This document shows positions 41,154 through 54,914 of a DNA stretch of 64,000 nt, piece by piece. The stretch is taken from assembly GCA_965203295.1 (NCBI GenBank), contig CBDBCZ010000016.1:1440001-1504000 (forward strand), given 5' to 3'. Source of the stretch: Nitrospirales bacterium. GTDB lineage: Bacteria; Nitrospirota; Nitrospiria; Nitrospirales; UBA8639. The notes beneath the pieces were generated by a model. It did not search any database and was not told the DNA's origin. It saw only the letters and a list, made by a program, of their open reading frames with translations. Made by a program: the position numbers and the translations under genes. How positions within the stretch are numbered: the first letter of the stretch is position 1; each line of letters begins with the position of its first letter.

Positions 41154-42199
41154 TCTCTTTTCTCAAGTGAGGAGTAGCTGATGGAGAATCGAAGCTGGTA
41201 TATTTATCCACTTTGTTTAGGTAGCTGTGAGATTTGCTGCCTTGTGACAAAAAGACATTCATTTATATAGTCTCAAAATGAATCTGCACAAGTGGCAAGA
41301 GTCCACAGTGCAAAGAAAAGACTTCCAAATATGGCCTGGATGGTGTAATTGACACTTGTTTGGCTTGGTTGTGATGCTGTATGACTGAAGCAAGCTTCAT
41401 AAAACATGATGGTGTGGTTTGAAAAATTCTTCTCAACTTACAGAGTGTTGCCTAGTTACCAGTTATCACAGTGACAGTCAGTGACCTTGCTCATTGCCTG
41501 GCAACTAGTCAAGGCTAGTAAACATGTATGCATCTCCTGGGTGATTGTTTATGCACATTGTGTTTTCAAGCTCCTTCTGCAGTTGCTGGTGGCAATTATA
41601 TAGAAATACTGTTTGCGATTCATGGGTCAACACATAGGCAGTTGTAAATGTGATGAAGTACGACTAAAACAAGCTTCAAAGGCGTAAGCTAATCAAAACA
41701 ACCTGATGAGATAGGCACATCTCAAATTCTGCTACAAGTGGCTCGTGGAACAAAGTCTAGAATGTGGTTACCTAACAAATTATTATATACCTATTGCACA
41801 GCCTCAGGACACTGCACCATGAAGCAAAATAAGTGGTAATGCAGAAAGCATACCAGTTTGGGGGGGGGGGATACATATGTATATGTATATGAAGACAGTA
41901 GTCTTCTGGAAGCCTTGACTATATAGTTGCCAGGCAGTATACATGTATAAGAGTGATTGTTTATACACCACCCCAAATATGGTCTGGAGTCAACAGAAAG
42001 AATTATGGTGCCCATCAAAGCTGGTAACTAGGCAACTGATATAGGTATGGTTCCTAGGTAGCCACCTATGTCATCATGGTCAGGTTTGTCTCATGGTGAT
42101 CAGTTTGACTCATACAACAGGTCTGACTCATAAATCACATTGCAAACTCTTCGGAGATGATAAGCTTTCTGAAAGAGTAAAGATATCACAAAAAAAATG

Positions 42200-42273
42200 G
42201 GACCCAGCTGGGGATTGAATCCAGGACCTTCTGAATACTAGTCAGATGCTCTTACCAACTGAGCTACTGGAGC
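42200..42273 (-). pseudogene. Second tRNA-Thr(AGT)-like copy within the same repeat (~42137-42553)
   Basis: GCTCCAGTAGCTCAGTTGGTAAGAGCATCTGACTAGTATTCAGAAGGTCCTGGATTCAATCCCCAGCTGGGTCC; flanks homologous to the 7-kb copy. Confidence 0.7.
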
Positions 42274-45200
42274 CCCTTTGGCAGAGGAGCAGTAAGTAAG
42301 CTTTATATGGCCACTAAACCTCCTAGTAGCACATGCCAGTAGGTCCCAGCAAATTCCAACTGTAATTACTCTTTCACTAGGCCTCGCCCCATCTCTTAAA
42401 CACGATCAATGTGCTATACTCAAACTTAGTCTGGATCAGTCTGCCAGGGTAATTAAACCACCAAAGACGCAGAACTGCGAACTAAGTAGTCACATTGCAA
42501 ATTCTTCCGATATGATAGGCTTTCTGAGAGAGTAAAGAAATCCCGAAAAAACGGTCACTGTGATGCTGTATCAACACTGGTAACTAGGTAACAAGGATAG
42601 GCTAAGTAGATTCCTAGGTAGCATATTGCTTGCATGAGGTACTGCAACATCATCAGGCTCATAACATGGTTACATGCAAGTTTCTCTAGCCTTGTTGCTA
42701 GCCACTACCCACATAAGGACGTTTGTAGCTGCACAGAACGAGACATCGGTCAATGAAGAGCTTGTCCATGTACAGAAGAAGAAACACCATTGGGAGTTGC
42801 ACTACAACTTACCCACACTTGTGATGCCCACCAGTATCCCAAGGGATGTCAACGTTGCCAGTATCCCAAGGGATGCTATCAAGGCCACTAGGTTCTGTGG
42901 CTAAAACGTCTGACTTTGAGGACAGATTTACGATCGGTCCATTTATTTGCACCTCAGTTTAGGTTTCCAACATGCGAGAAACTAGATAACTATACTACAA
43001 CATTTCAACCGAAACCACCAGTTTGCCATTGTGAGTGCTGCAGTAATATCACTGATTGACTACATGCCTGCATAAATTATACTAGAATACAAAAGGCTAC
43101 CAGTGTATAGAATTAAGGAGTACATGAGTATGTTTGTTGTTATCAACTACTCCTCCAATACTGAGCTGTCAGTAACATGCAGAAGGCATTTCAAAACCCT
43201 ATATGGATAAACAATCACCCAGGAGTCACATACATGTCTTGACTAGTTGCCAGGCAATAAGCTAGGTCACTGACTGTCACTATGATGCTGTATCATAACT
43301 GGTAATTAGGCAACACTTTGAGGGCGTAATTGAGAACCATGGTAGGGCTTTCCACCCACACTATCTTGTTTTTTTTTGCTAAGACTTTGAAGCTTGCGTC
43401 ATACAGAGTCACTGGTAAGCCAAACAAGTGCCACAATTGTCAATTGCTTGTTTACCCACCTGACTAGTTGCCAGGAAATGTCAATAAACAATCACCCGGG
43501 AGACTCATGCATGACTAGTCGCCAGGCAATATGCTACGTCACTGACTGTTTATACACAATACCAAATATGGTCCAGAGTCACTATGATGCTGTATCAACA
43601 CTGGTAACTAGGCAACAAAGTTTCCTAGGTAGCACATTGCCCCTACATTGCATGAGCTACCTTACTCATACAGGTCACATACAAGCCAAACAAGTGCCCC
43701 AACTACCAATAATAGTGACTCTTGAACCATTACATTGCAAGCGTTTCCGGACGTTTTTCCCTAGCCTTGTTCCTAGACTCCACTACCCATATCAGGACAT
43801 TTGTAGCTGTACAGAACGAGACAGTACATCAGCCAAAAAAGCGCTTGTCCATTCACAGAAAGAGAAACACCATTGGAAGATGCAGTACAACTTGCCCACA
43901 TTTGTGATGCTTACCAAGGGTGACAGTCAGTGACCCTATAGCTTGTTGCCTGGCCACTAGTCAAGGCTAGTTAACATGTATGCGTCTTTTGGGTGATTGT
44001 TTATATCATACACACAAGCTGTTCAAGCTCCTTCTGCAGTTGCTGGTGGCAAATATATCATTACACAAACTGTAGCTGTATGTCACTCCGCCACTTTCCA
44101 AATGTACATTTAGCAAGGAGCTGGTTGTCGTTTACTTGCATGCACATGCAAAGAATGAGTTCTTTGGTCCCACCATGTTCGGAAATGTACAGTGCTGGTA
44201 TATTTTGTTTTCTGCATGCAAGTAGATGACAGCCCTAAAAAAAAAAGCGACATGCAGCCATAGTTTGTGTGAATAATTATAAGGTTTATGTATTCTTTTT
44301 AAGAAAAGTCAGTTGGTAAAATAATTGTTCACATTTTACTTTGTAGCTTCATTGCAAGTGACACTTTGTTATCCCTCACACAAGTATTTTAGCTACTGGT
44401 GGGCATCGCAAATGTGGGCAAGTTGTAGTGCATCTTCCAATGGTGTTTCTCTTTCTGTGAATGGACAAGCACTTTTTTGGCTGATGTACTGTCTCGTTCT
44501 GTGCAGCTACAAATGTCCTGATATGGGTAGTGGAGTCTAGGAACAAGGCTAGGGAAAAACATCCGGAATAACGTCCGAAACGCTTGCAATGTAATGGTTC
44601 AAGGGTCACTATAATTGACAGTTGGGCCACTTGTTTGGCTTGAATGTGACCTGTATGAGTGAGTAAAGTAGCTCATGCAATGTGGGGGCAATGTGCTACC
44701 TAGGAAACTTTGTTGCCTAGCTACCAGTGTTGATACAGCATCATACTGACTCTGGACCATATTTGGAATTGTGTATAAACATTGAATGAAATAGCGTATT
44801 GCCTGGCAACTACATGTAGTCAAAGCTAGTATGCATACATGAGTCTCCTGGGTGATTGTTTATTGACATTGACTTTGTTTTGGAGCACTGTACATTTCCT
44901 GGCAAAACAAGCAATTGACAATTGTGGCACTTGTTTGGCTTACCTGTGACTCTGTATGACTTAGCAAGCTTCAAAGTCTTAACCAAAAAACAGGATAGTG
45001 TGGGTGGAAAATCCTGCCATGGTTCTCAAATTACACCCTTAAAGCGTTGTCTAGATACCAGTTATGATACAGCATCATAGTGACAGTCAGTGACCTAGCA
45101 TATTGCCTGGCAACTAGTCAAGACATGTATGTGACTCCTGGGTGATTGTTTATCCATATAGGGTTTTGATTTGCCTTGTGCATGTTGCTGACAGCAAAGA

Positions 45201-47635
45201 TACCATTACACAAACTGTAGCTGCATGTCACTCCGCCATTTTCCATTTAGCAAGGAGCGAGCTGTCATCTACATGTACTTACTTGCACATGCAGAGAATT
45301 AGTTGTTTGATCCCACCTTCTCACCTTCTCTGCATGCAAGTGGATGACAGCCCTTTCTTTGTTAAATGTATATTCGGACAAAAAGCGAAGCGACATGCAC
45401 CTATAGTATTCTATAAGGTTTCAGTATCTGTTGAATTATTGTGAGGACTAAAGTCAGTTGGTAAAATTAATGTTCACATTCATTACTTTGTAGCTTCATT
45501 GCAAGTGACACCCTGTTAGCTATATCGCTTCACATTCTGAGCTGCTTTAGAATTTAGTTTTGCACTGGATAGAATTTTTCTGCATGTGAAGCCATACATG
45601 TAGCTTCCTTTGCTCATCAAAGCCATGTTAAAGAGTAGTTTCCTGCATTAGGTAACCATAATATGTACAGGATAGACCTTCACCCAACCGTTGGTTGTGT
45701 GCCAGTGTTATTCAGAGGCAAAGCCAAGGAATAAATACAAGTGGGTTTAGCTATTATGTGTAGCACTTGCTCTGTGATTTGCACAATATAAATAAGTTGT
45801 AGACACCTCATCATACCGTACGTATAAAGCGCTCATGGGCAGGGAACCTTAGAATGCAGCGGAAAAGGGGGGTGGGCACTTACTACGTATTCGTCCGCAA
45901 ACGGCATGTAGTATCTGCCCACCACCCTGGAAGTGAGGAATCTTCACCATAATATATTTTCTACCATGAACGTTTGATTATTATATTCCATTGAGGTAAA
46001 GTCAATGTGAACGTTTGATTATTATATTCCATTGAGGGTAAAACTGTTGATAAATGTTTACTTTTATAAGTTTGTACATTGCAAGCGAAATATTGTTAGC
46101 TATATTCTAATATAGGTGATTAAAGATACATTTCAGGCTTATCGAATCAACAGATGTTTCCATGCAAACCAATGCCACAATTGTCAATTACAAAGTTCCT
46201 TGAACCACTACATTGTAAATAGGTTTTTATCCCCTTATACAGGCAAATAGGTTTCACTCCCCTTTCTTCCGCTTATAGGGAACGTTTTCCGCTTAGAGGG
46301 AACCTTCCCTCTAAGCGAAAGTGGGCTGGCCCGCGAGACTAGTCTGGGACAGTATGGCCTAGGATCCATCTGTTGCCTCACTTGATTCCCAAAGCCTGGC
46401 ACACTAAATGAGACTCCATGCATACCAAATCGGTTAGGTACCCGACGGACTGAAGGTGTGGTCAGCTGGAACGATACTGCCCTTTAGCTTTGTGCTTCGG
46501 TAGATATCACATGGCACATGCAGGTTTCCGCTGGGGGCAAGATCCAAAGGTTACGCATTTTTTTTATTGACAAGTCTGACAGCAGTACATAACAGTTGAC
46601 AAACAGATTTGTTTGGGAGGAGTCAGACTCCTCCCCTAAGACAAGTAGCTCAAGGGTCATGATGGTTCACAACTACAAAGGAAGATTTGCCATGGAGGCA
46701 TCATCAATGGATGCAAAGGCATGCTCAGCAGGAGTGCCATTCACCAACTCTGCAGGGATCTGCTAGAAACTCACTGGCATGACTAAACTCTGCCACTTTG
46801 CTCAGCAATAGGCACATTAGTCAAAGAAGATATTGCTAGCCATCAAACTGGACTAAGGTCCTGTAAGTGTGATCAAGCTAGCCACTCAACAGCAAATATG
46901 AAGTGGGTATGGCTCTAGCAAAGGGGTTACCACTAATTGTCCTGATTGTGCATGGGGTTCAAGACTGTTTGAGCTATAGGCCTAGGCTAGTTCATACCTA
47001 TCACTGCTATCAATACATACAGATGTGCCATGCAGGAATGCAATGGAAGTGGGAGGGACAGGAATGTTAGATTATGCCCTTTACCCATGTTAACTGCATG
47101 AACAGCAAAGGAAAACCCTTTCCATGATTCTGTGAAATTAATAAAGTAAGCCAGAATTAATCTTACAATTTAGTAGTAGTTAGTAGGTTGCCAAAAGCAG
47201 TAAACCTCTACATGCATGTCAGCTGAATTTCAGCGACAAGCAGAATGAACTTGAACACCCTATTTGTATAAGAAGACTCACACATTTACTTGTTGTTGGG
47301 GGAAAACAGTGAACTTAAGCAGTGATGGGAGGCTGAACCTGAGCATGCTAGTAGCTATGCGAGACTAACTGCGGTAAAGTGAGGCTTGCGCATACGTAAT
47401 TCAGAGATGCCAGTTGGTTATGGAAAGACAATAACAAAAAACAGTATAGCTGATACAAAAAAAAACGTACGAAGTGGAAACATATATTGCTACCTTAATA
47501 ATAATGTGAATGTTGACACAATGTACAGCTCAGTAAATACTCAAATACATGTGCATGTATAAAGAAGGCATGAGAGCAGTGTTAAACAGTTGTATAAGTG
47601 CCATTAATCAGCAACAATACAGAGGTAGGCTGAAG

Positions 47636-48808
47636 CTACTGAACGTAGAGTTCAATTACTTCAAGAGGAGTATCTTCCCGGCTCCTTATCACACCAGGTC
47701 GCAATATACGATTGCCTGTTCGGAAGGAAGCACACAGTCTCACATCTATATTATCAGTGGTGGGTGCAATGTCTGTGCGGAAGTAGGGAGGTCTGTTGAA
47801 CTGACAGCAAGTGTTACGTCGCCCGCAACCTCTACCGTCCCACAGTGGGGCTTCAAGGTGAAATCGGTCCTCTGGCACGCCGGTGGCCTGGCTTCCGGTA
47901 TCACAGAAGAAATTTCTCCCAATATATGGGGGTACTAGTGGTAGTACATCTCCCGATGGTGTTTCTCCTTCCGTGCAGGGACAAGCTCTTCTACTGTCCG
48001 CAAACTCGCTCTGTGCAGCTGCAAATGTCCAGATATGGGTACGATGTCCACTCTGTCCGTGTGTGATGCTAACTCCGTCGACATATTCCTCATCGATAGT
48101 GGCATTGGTCTCATCATAGAAGATGAAACCATCAGGTGCTTCACGTTGATACCCGATAACCTTACCACACACGCGAGAGTACTCCACACCTTGCACACTG
48201 TAGGGAACAGCATCACAGCCTGGCATCCTGCGGTTTTCAACTCGGGTGCACAGCCTCCTTGAGCTGTCGCCTGGTGGTGAAATTGTCACCAAAGGCTGGG
48301 GACAGGAGTTGCACTGGGTATTGTTCATGTTGAGATTGGCCACCCTCATCCACCCCCTGGAGCCACCACACGATCGGTCGTCATCATGGACCTCCAGATC
48401 ACAGTAGACCAGCACAGCATCACGTACCGTATTTCTTATCCAGTAGTTGCCAGAGGTTGCACAGGAGCAGCGGGCAGCCAGATCCTGGCAGGAAGCTGCA
48501 GGGTTCTGAGGTGTTCCGATACTGCAGCACGAAAGAATGTTTTCTTCAAAGCTATCGCATGCGCAGGTCCTGAAATTGGCACGAGGAGGTGGGGTTACGG
48601 TAGGGTCTTCACAGCAGTTACACTGCTTGTCTTGTAGTGTCGTGTTGATGTCGGTCAGCCGTCGTAGGATCTCCTGTGTTGAACTGTCGATTTCTTCTCT
48701 GCACGAATGGTCTTCTACTTCAACTGCATTGCACCTGTACAGTTGTTGGCTACTGACTGTGGTGAGAATACCACAGATAGCTAGGATCAGAAGTGCCTTG
48801 TTGAACAT
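47636..48808 (-). CDS. Secreted Cys-rich fibrinogen/COLFI-like protein, array copy 4 (type C coding region, type A upstream flank), 390 aa
   Basis: Differs from copy 3 at two residues (NKA/NKV, ANF/ANV). Confidence 0.9.
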   Translation of the reverse strand: MFNKALLILAICGILTTVSSQQLYRCNAVEVEDHSCREEIDSSTQEILRRLTDINTTLQDKQCNCCEDPTVTPPPRANFRTCACDSFEENILSCCSIGTPQNPAASCQDLAARCSCATSGNYWIRNTVRDAVLVYCDLEVHDDDRSCGGSRGWMRVANLNMNNTQCNSCPQPLVTISPPGDSSRRLCTRVENRRMPGCDAVPYSVQGVEYSRVCGKVIGYQREAPDGFIFYDETNATIDEEYVDGVSITHGQSGHRTHIWTFAAAQSEFADSRRACPCTEGETPSGDVLPLVPPYIGRNFFCDTGSQATGVPEDRFHLEAPLWDGRGCGRRNTCCQFNRPPYFRTDIAPTTDNIDVRLCASFRTGNRILRPGVIRSREDTPLEVIELYVQ

Positions 48809-51800
48809 TCTCTTTTCTCAAGTGAGGAGTAGCTGATGGAGAATCGAAGCTGGTATATTTATCCACTTTGTTTAGGTAGCTGTGAGATTTGCTGCCTTGT
48901 GACAAAAGACATTCATTTATATAGTCTCAAAATGAATCTGCACAAGTGGCAAGAGTCCACAGTGCAAAGAAAAGACTTCCAAATATGGCCTGGATGGTGT
49001 AATTGACACTTGTTTGGCTTGGTTGTGATGCTGTATGACTGAAGCAAGCTTCATAAAACATGATTGTGTGGGTTGAAAAATTCTTCTCAAATTAGGAAGT
49101 GTTGCCTAGTTACCAGTTATCATAGTGACCTCAGTGACCTAGCTCATTTCCTGGCAACTAGTCAAGGCTAGTAAACATGTATGCATCTCCTGGGTGATTG
49201 TTTATGCACGTAGTGTTTTCAAGCTCCTTCTGCAGTTGCTGGTAGCAAATATATGGAAATACTATTTGCGATTCATGGGTCAACACAGAGGCAGATGTAA
49301 ATGTGATGAAGTACGACTAAAACAAGCTTAAAAGGCGTAAGCTAATCAAAACAACCTGATGAGGTAGGCACATCTCAAATTCTGCTACAAGTGGCTCGTG
49401 GAACAAAGTCTAGAATGTGGTTACCTAACAAATTATTATATACCTGTTGCACAGCCTCAGGACACTGCACCATGAAGCAAAATAAGTGGCAATGCAGAAA
49501 GCTATATGTATATGTATATGAAGACAGTAGTCTTCTGGAAGCCTTGACTATATTGTTACCAGGCAGTATACATGTATAAGAGTCATTGTTTATACACCAC
49601 CCCAAATATGGTCTGGAGTCAACAGAAAGAATTATGGTGCCCATCAAAGCTGGTAACTAGGCAACTGATATAGGTATGGTTCCTAGGTAGCCACCTATGT
49701 CAAGGTCAGGGTGTCCTGACAGTCTCTAAACAGCTAAAATACCTGCCTGAGGGCACTAACCAGCTTTGACTATGGTTTCCAGCTTTCAATTTCTCGATAT
49801 GAAATATAAAATTTTGATGAGGGGTCTAGTAGATATTTTAAACAACTCATTCATACTGTGCAAACCACAGAGCAAATGCTACACACATAACCCACTTGTA
49901 TTCATTCCTTGGCTTTGCCTCGGAATAACATTGTCACACAACCCGCAGTTGGGTGTTGGTCTGTCCTGTATATTATGGTTACCTTATGCAGGAAACTACT
50001 CTTCATGGTACCTAAGCCTGAAAAGTGGCTTTGATGAGCAATGAATGTACATGTATGGCTTCACATTCAGAAAAATTCTCGCAGAACTAAATTCTGAAGA
50101 ACCTCAGAATGTGAAGCGATATATAGCTAACAATTAAGGTGTCACTTGCAATGAAGCTTACCTTCTCACCTTCTTTGCATGCAAGTGAATGACAGTCCTC
50201 TCCTTGTTTAATGTATATTCGAAAAAAAGGAAAGCGACATGCAGCTATAATTGTGTGATAATCTACAAGGGTTTCGGTATCTGTTTAATTATTGTATTCT
50301 TTGGAGGACAAAAATCAGTTTGTGAAATTAATGTTCACATGCAGTATTTTGTGGGACCAAACAACTCATTCTCTGCACGTGCATGCAAGTGGATAACAGC
50401 TCGCTCCTTGCTAAACGGAAAATGGCGGAGTGACATGCATCTACAGTTTGTGTGATGGTAACTTTGCTGTTAGCAACATGCAGAAGGAGTTCCAAATATG
50501 GCCATAGAATGGTTTGGGTTCAAGTATCTCTGTAATTGACAATTGTGCCACTTGTTTGTCTTACTTGTGGGGGAATTAGACTTTGCCCCCTCTCTCCTGT
50601 TGCCTAGCTACCAGTTTTGGTACAGCATCATAGTGACCACACTTGGTGTGTTCTCAGTCAGTGACGTAGCTTATTGCCTGGCAACTAGTCAAGGCTAGTA
50701 AGAATGCAGGAGTATCCTGGGTGATTGCTTATCCATCTAGGGTGTTTAAGCTCCTGCATGTTGCTGGTGGCAAAAGATATACTCTAACCTTTATCACACA
50801 AACTGTAGCAGCATGTCAGGCTATTTGTCCGAATGTACATTTAGCAAGGAGAGGGCAGTCATATTTCTGCGTGTGGAAAATGATTATGTTTGGTCAAACC
50901 TCTTCTGGAAATGTACAGTGCTCCAAACGAAAGTTAATGATTATTGTATTCTTTTGAGGGCAAACGTCAGTTGGTAAAATCTATGTTCACACCCATTACT
51001 TTGAAAAAAGCCACACTTCATGCCCATGAAAAGTAGTTTCCTGCATTAGTTCACCTAAACTGAGGTGAAAGGAGATGGACCGATCACAAATCTGTCCTCA
51101 GAGTAAGACTGTTTAGCCACAGAACTCATGAGAATGGTAAGTGAGGAGATGAAAAAAGTACCTTGCAAGAAACCCTTGCAAGGTACTAGTGGCTAGGAAC
51201 GAGCCTAGGGAAAAACTTCCATATAAGGTAATGAAACAATGTAATAGTTCAAGGGTCACTGTAATTGACAATTAGGGCACTTGTTTGGCTTGTATGTGAC
51301 CTGTATGAGTGAGTAAGGTAGCTCATGCAATGTACAGGCAATGTGCTACCTAAGAAACCTTGTTGCCTAGTTACTAGTGTTGATGCAGCATCACAGTGAC
51401 TCTGGACCATATTTGGTATTGCGTATAAACATTCAGTGATGTAGCATATTGCCTGGCAACTAGTCAAGGCTACATGAGTCTCCATGGTGATTGTTTATTG
51501 ACATTGACTAATTTTGAAGCGCTGTAGCTACATTTCCTGTTTTTTGGCTGTAGCTACATTTCCTGTTTTTTGGCTTACCTGTGACTCCTTATGACTTAAG
51601 CAAGCTTTAAAGTCTTAGCCAAAAAAAAACAGGATGGTGTGGGTGGAAAACCCTACCATGGTTCTCAAATTACACCCTCAAAGTGTTGCCTAGTTACCAG
51701 TTATGATACAGCATCACAGTGACAGTCAGTGACCTCCTGGCAATTAGTCTAGACATGTATGTAACTCCTGGGTGATTGTTTGTACACATAGGGTGGTGAA

Positions 51801-52260
51801 ACTCCTTCTGCATGTTGCTGACAGCAAAGATACCATTACACAAACTGTAGCTGCATGTCACTCCGCCATTTTCCACATGTACATTTAGCAGGGAGCTGAT
51901 TGTCATCTACTTGCATGCACATGCAGAGAATGATCCCACCTTTTTCGGAAATGTACAGTGGTCCAATATTTCATTTTCTGCATACAAGTAAATGACAGCT
52001 CTCTCCTTGTTAAATGTATATTCGGACAAAAAACGAAGCGACATGCGGCTATAGTTTGTGCGATAAACTATAAAGTTTCAGTATCTGTTTAATTATTGTA
52101 TTCTTTTTATGACAAAAATCAGTTGGTGAAATTAATGTTCACATCCATTACTTTGTTGCTTCATTGCAAGTGACACTTTGTTTGCTATTGCTTCACATCC
52201 TGAACTGATTAATTTTGCACTGGTTAGAATTTTTCTGTATGTGAAGCCGTACATATGTAG

Positions 52261-54914
52261 AATGTCATGAGAGGATAGATACATGAACGGTAACAATATT
52301 AAGATACCTGAAGAAATGATTCAATTGCCAACATTTTATTGGCTCCCCAAGATGCGCAAAACACCAGTAGGCAGTAGATTTATAGCTGCCTCAAGTAGCT
52401 GTACCACAAAACCATTATCTAAATTACTGACTACCTTCCTTATTATCCACCACTACAAAGAATATAATGAAGGGCTAACTAAAAAGTCGGGTGCAAATGG
52501 TTTTTGGATTGTCAATAATTCTACACAGGTACTTAATAAATTGCGTAAACTGAATGACACTACTACAGCTAGTCACTTTGACAGTTTTGATTTTTCTACC
52601 TTTTATACTAATATCCCACACGACTTATTGATTGATTGCTTGGATAACTTAGTTAAAGAGGCCTATCGGGTTAGGGGTGCTACATATATTTCAGTAGGTT
52701 ACAAAACCTTCTGGTCCGATAAAACCTATAGAGGGCATACTAACATTACTTTAGATAAGATTATAGAATACATACGATTTCTGATAAACAATATATACAT
52801 TAAAGTTGGTAACAGAGTGTTTAAACAAACAATCGGAATACCTATGGGTACGGACTGTGCACCACTACTGGCTAACCTTTTCCTCTTTTTTTAGGAGTAT
52901 AAGTACGTTAAAGATAAACTTAAAACTAATCCTAGTGAAGCTAGGCTGCTCAGACGTACTGTTAGATACATTGACGACTTGCTCACACTGAATAACCCCA
53001 CCTTTGAACAGGAAATACCAAAATATTTACCCCCCACAACTACAATTAAAGAAAACTACTGAAACTCCAGTGAAATTATCTTACTTGGATATCTGCATAG
53101 AAATAAAAGAAAGAAAATTTAAAACTTCGGTCTATGACAAAAGAGATGCCTTTAACTTTCATATACCGTAGAATCGAGAGTATAGCGACCCATCAATTAC
53201 AGCAACCCCATATGTAGAACAACCCGTCATCATTTCACCGCCCACTTCCTGAATAGTATGACCTCTCCAGTACAACAACCTCATGAATAATTTTACCTAT
53301 CACAACTGTTATTACTGCAGCAACTGTTCTAAATATCCGTCTAAATTTCAAAATTCATTACTAACATTTGATAACCAGCGCTCAGCATGCAGCGTGTAGA
53401 GATCGAAAAATGTAGTTTGCAAGGCTGCAAAACTCTTGCATGAAAGGCCATCATGTTTTCTAGAGTGAATCAAGACCTGGAGATACATTTTCCTGTGTTG
53501 GAGAACCTGGTAACCTCACAGTCCAGACGCAGTGATTGTGAAACTTAGCAATAGCAGCAATGTCGGCCATGTTCCAGACCTGCTCGCCCGTGTTTTGGCA
53601 CCTATGCTGCAAGATAGAACGCATGGAGGGAACTGATTGCTACGCTCAATGCTACCCGCTTTATATTACCCCATAAAACATGAACCCCAGGAATATAACA
53701 ACCCATTGGCTGTACTAATTCTGAATAGAACGACCGGTCGTTATACTCCCGATTCTACAGTAGTTAATTTTCCTTTCCTAGATAGTAATATCCCCACTAA
53801 GCCAGCATACGGAGTTTATATCTCCCAGTTAGTAAGAATAGGTAGAATATGTGGCCAATATGAAGATTTAAGAATAGACACCACTTACTGGCTAATAGAC
53901 TACTTAAACAGGGCTATAAGTACGACCAATTATGTTTATATTTCAAAAGGTTTAGTAGTAAATATCTTTGCTAAATTTAAGGTGACCCTAAAAAAACATA
54001 TTAAAGATAGTATACCACTGCCTCTAGCTACCATGGGAAGACTTAATAGACTGGTTACAGTTAGGTAACTAGCTAAATGTTAGTGGGGTGCTCTAGATAG
54101 GAAGAGGAAATGATGTCACAGATTGTTTATATGTCTGTAGTTTTTGAATTTCTAGGCAGTTTTAACATTTGTAGTCAGTTTTTAGTTAGTTTTTGCAAGA
54201 GGAGTTTCAAGAACTGGATGGGGAGTATTTAACAAGGAGGAATGGTGTTGGGGTAAGATATAGAAGCTAGAGCCTAAAAGTGAGTTATATACAGCACCCT
54301 GTGGTTATGTAACAACATGCTATATAGGAGCTGGGCCCCGGGAGGGCTGGGGGCTGCTTGGTTCGGGGCCGCTTGACAATTTTTAAAGTTTCATAAGCTT
54401 TTTAACCTTTTTAACTTTTTGTAGGAGATTTCTCCGAAGGGTTTTTTTTAACAGAGGCAAGACCTATTTAGTCCCCTTTTTTAACCTTTTTAAGAAAATT
54501 TTTTAACTATTTTTCAAATTTTTGACTTTCTGCGGTCACGGGCTGGGTGGTCTCTGGTTTTTTCCGGGTCCCGGGTTCCCTTGGTTACGATCGGAGCTTT
54601 TTCTACTCTTTCTATTCTTTTCTCTATTTCTCTATTTCATGATTTCTATTTTTCTACTTTCCATTTGGATTTTATTATGCCTGATTTGTAATATGCTCAA
54701 TTAGATAAGTCATGTGTTTAACTAGATTGTAATATAAGGGGCTGCAGTAGTGTAGATATAGTTTCGTGGGTTAGGATAGGTATAAGGACTGTTTTAGGTT
54801 TTAGGCCTCAAGCTAGTGAGTGCAATAATAATGATTAGGATACCCTTTCAGTTTTCATGTATATTCAGTTTTCATGTATATTCCATAGCCTTGTTTTACT
54901 TATTAAAGCTATAT
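52261..54914 (+). mobile_element. Degenerate Penelope-like retroelement, copy 2 (duplicated with the segment)
   Basis: Same junctions and sequence as 25306-27976; YWLPKM and GIPMGTDCAPLLANLFLF intact in ORF 52283-52894. Confidence 0.85.
53166..53760. mobile_element. Same MITE in Penelope-like copy 2
   Basis: Same TIRs, TA TSD and insertion point as 26234-26833. Confidence 0.9.
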
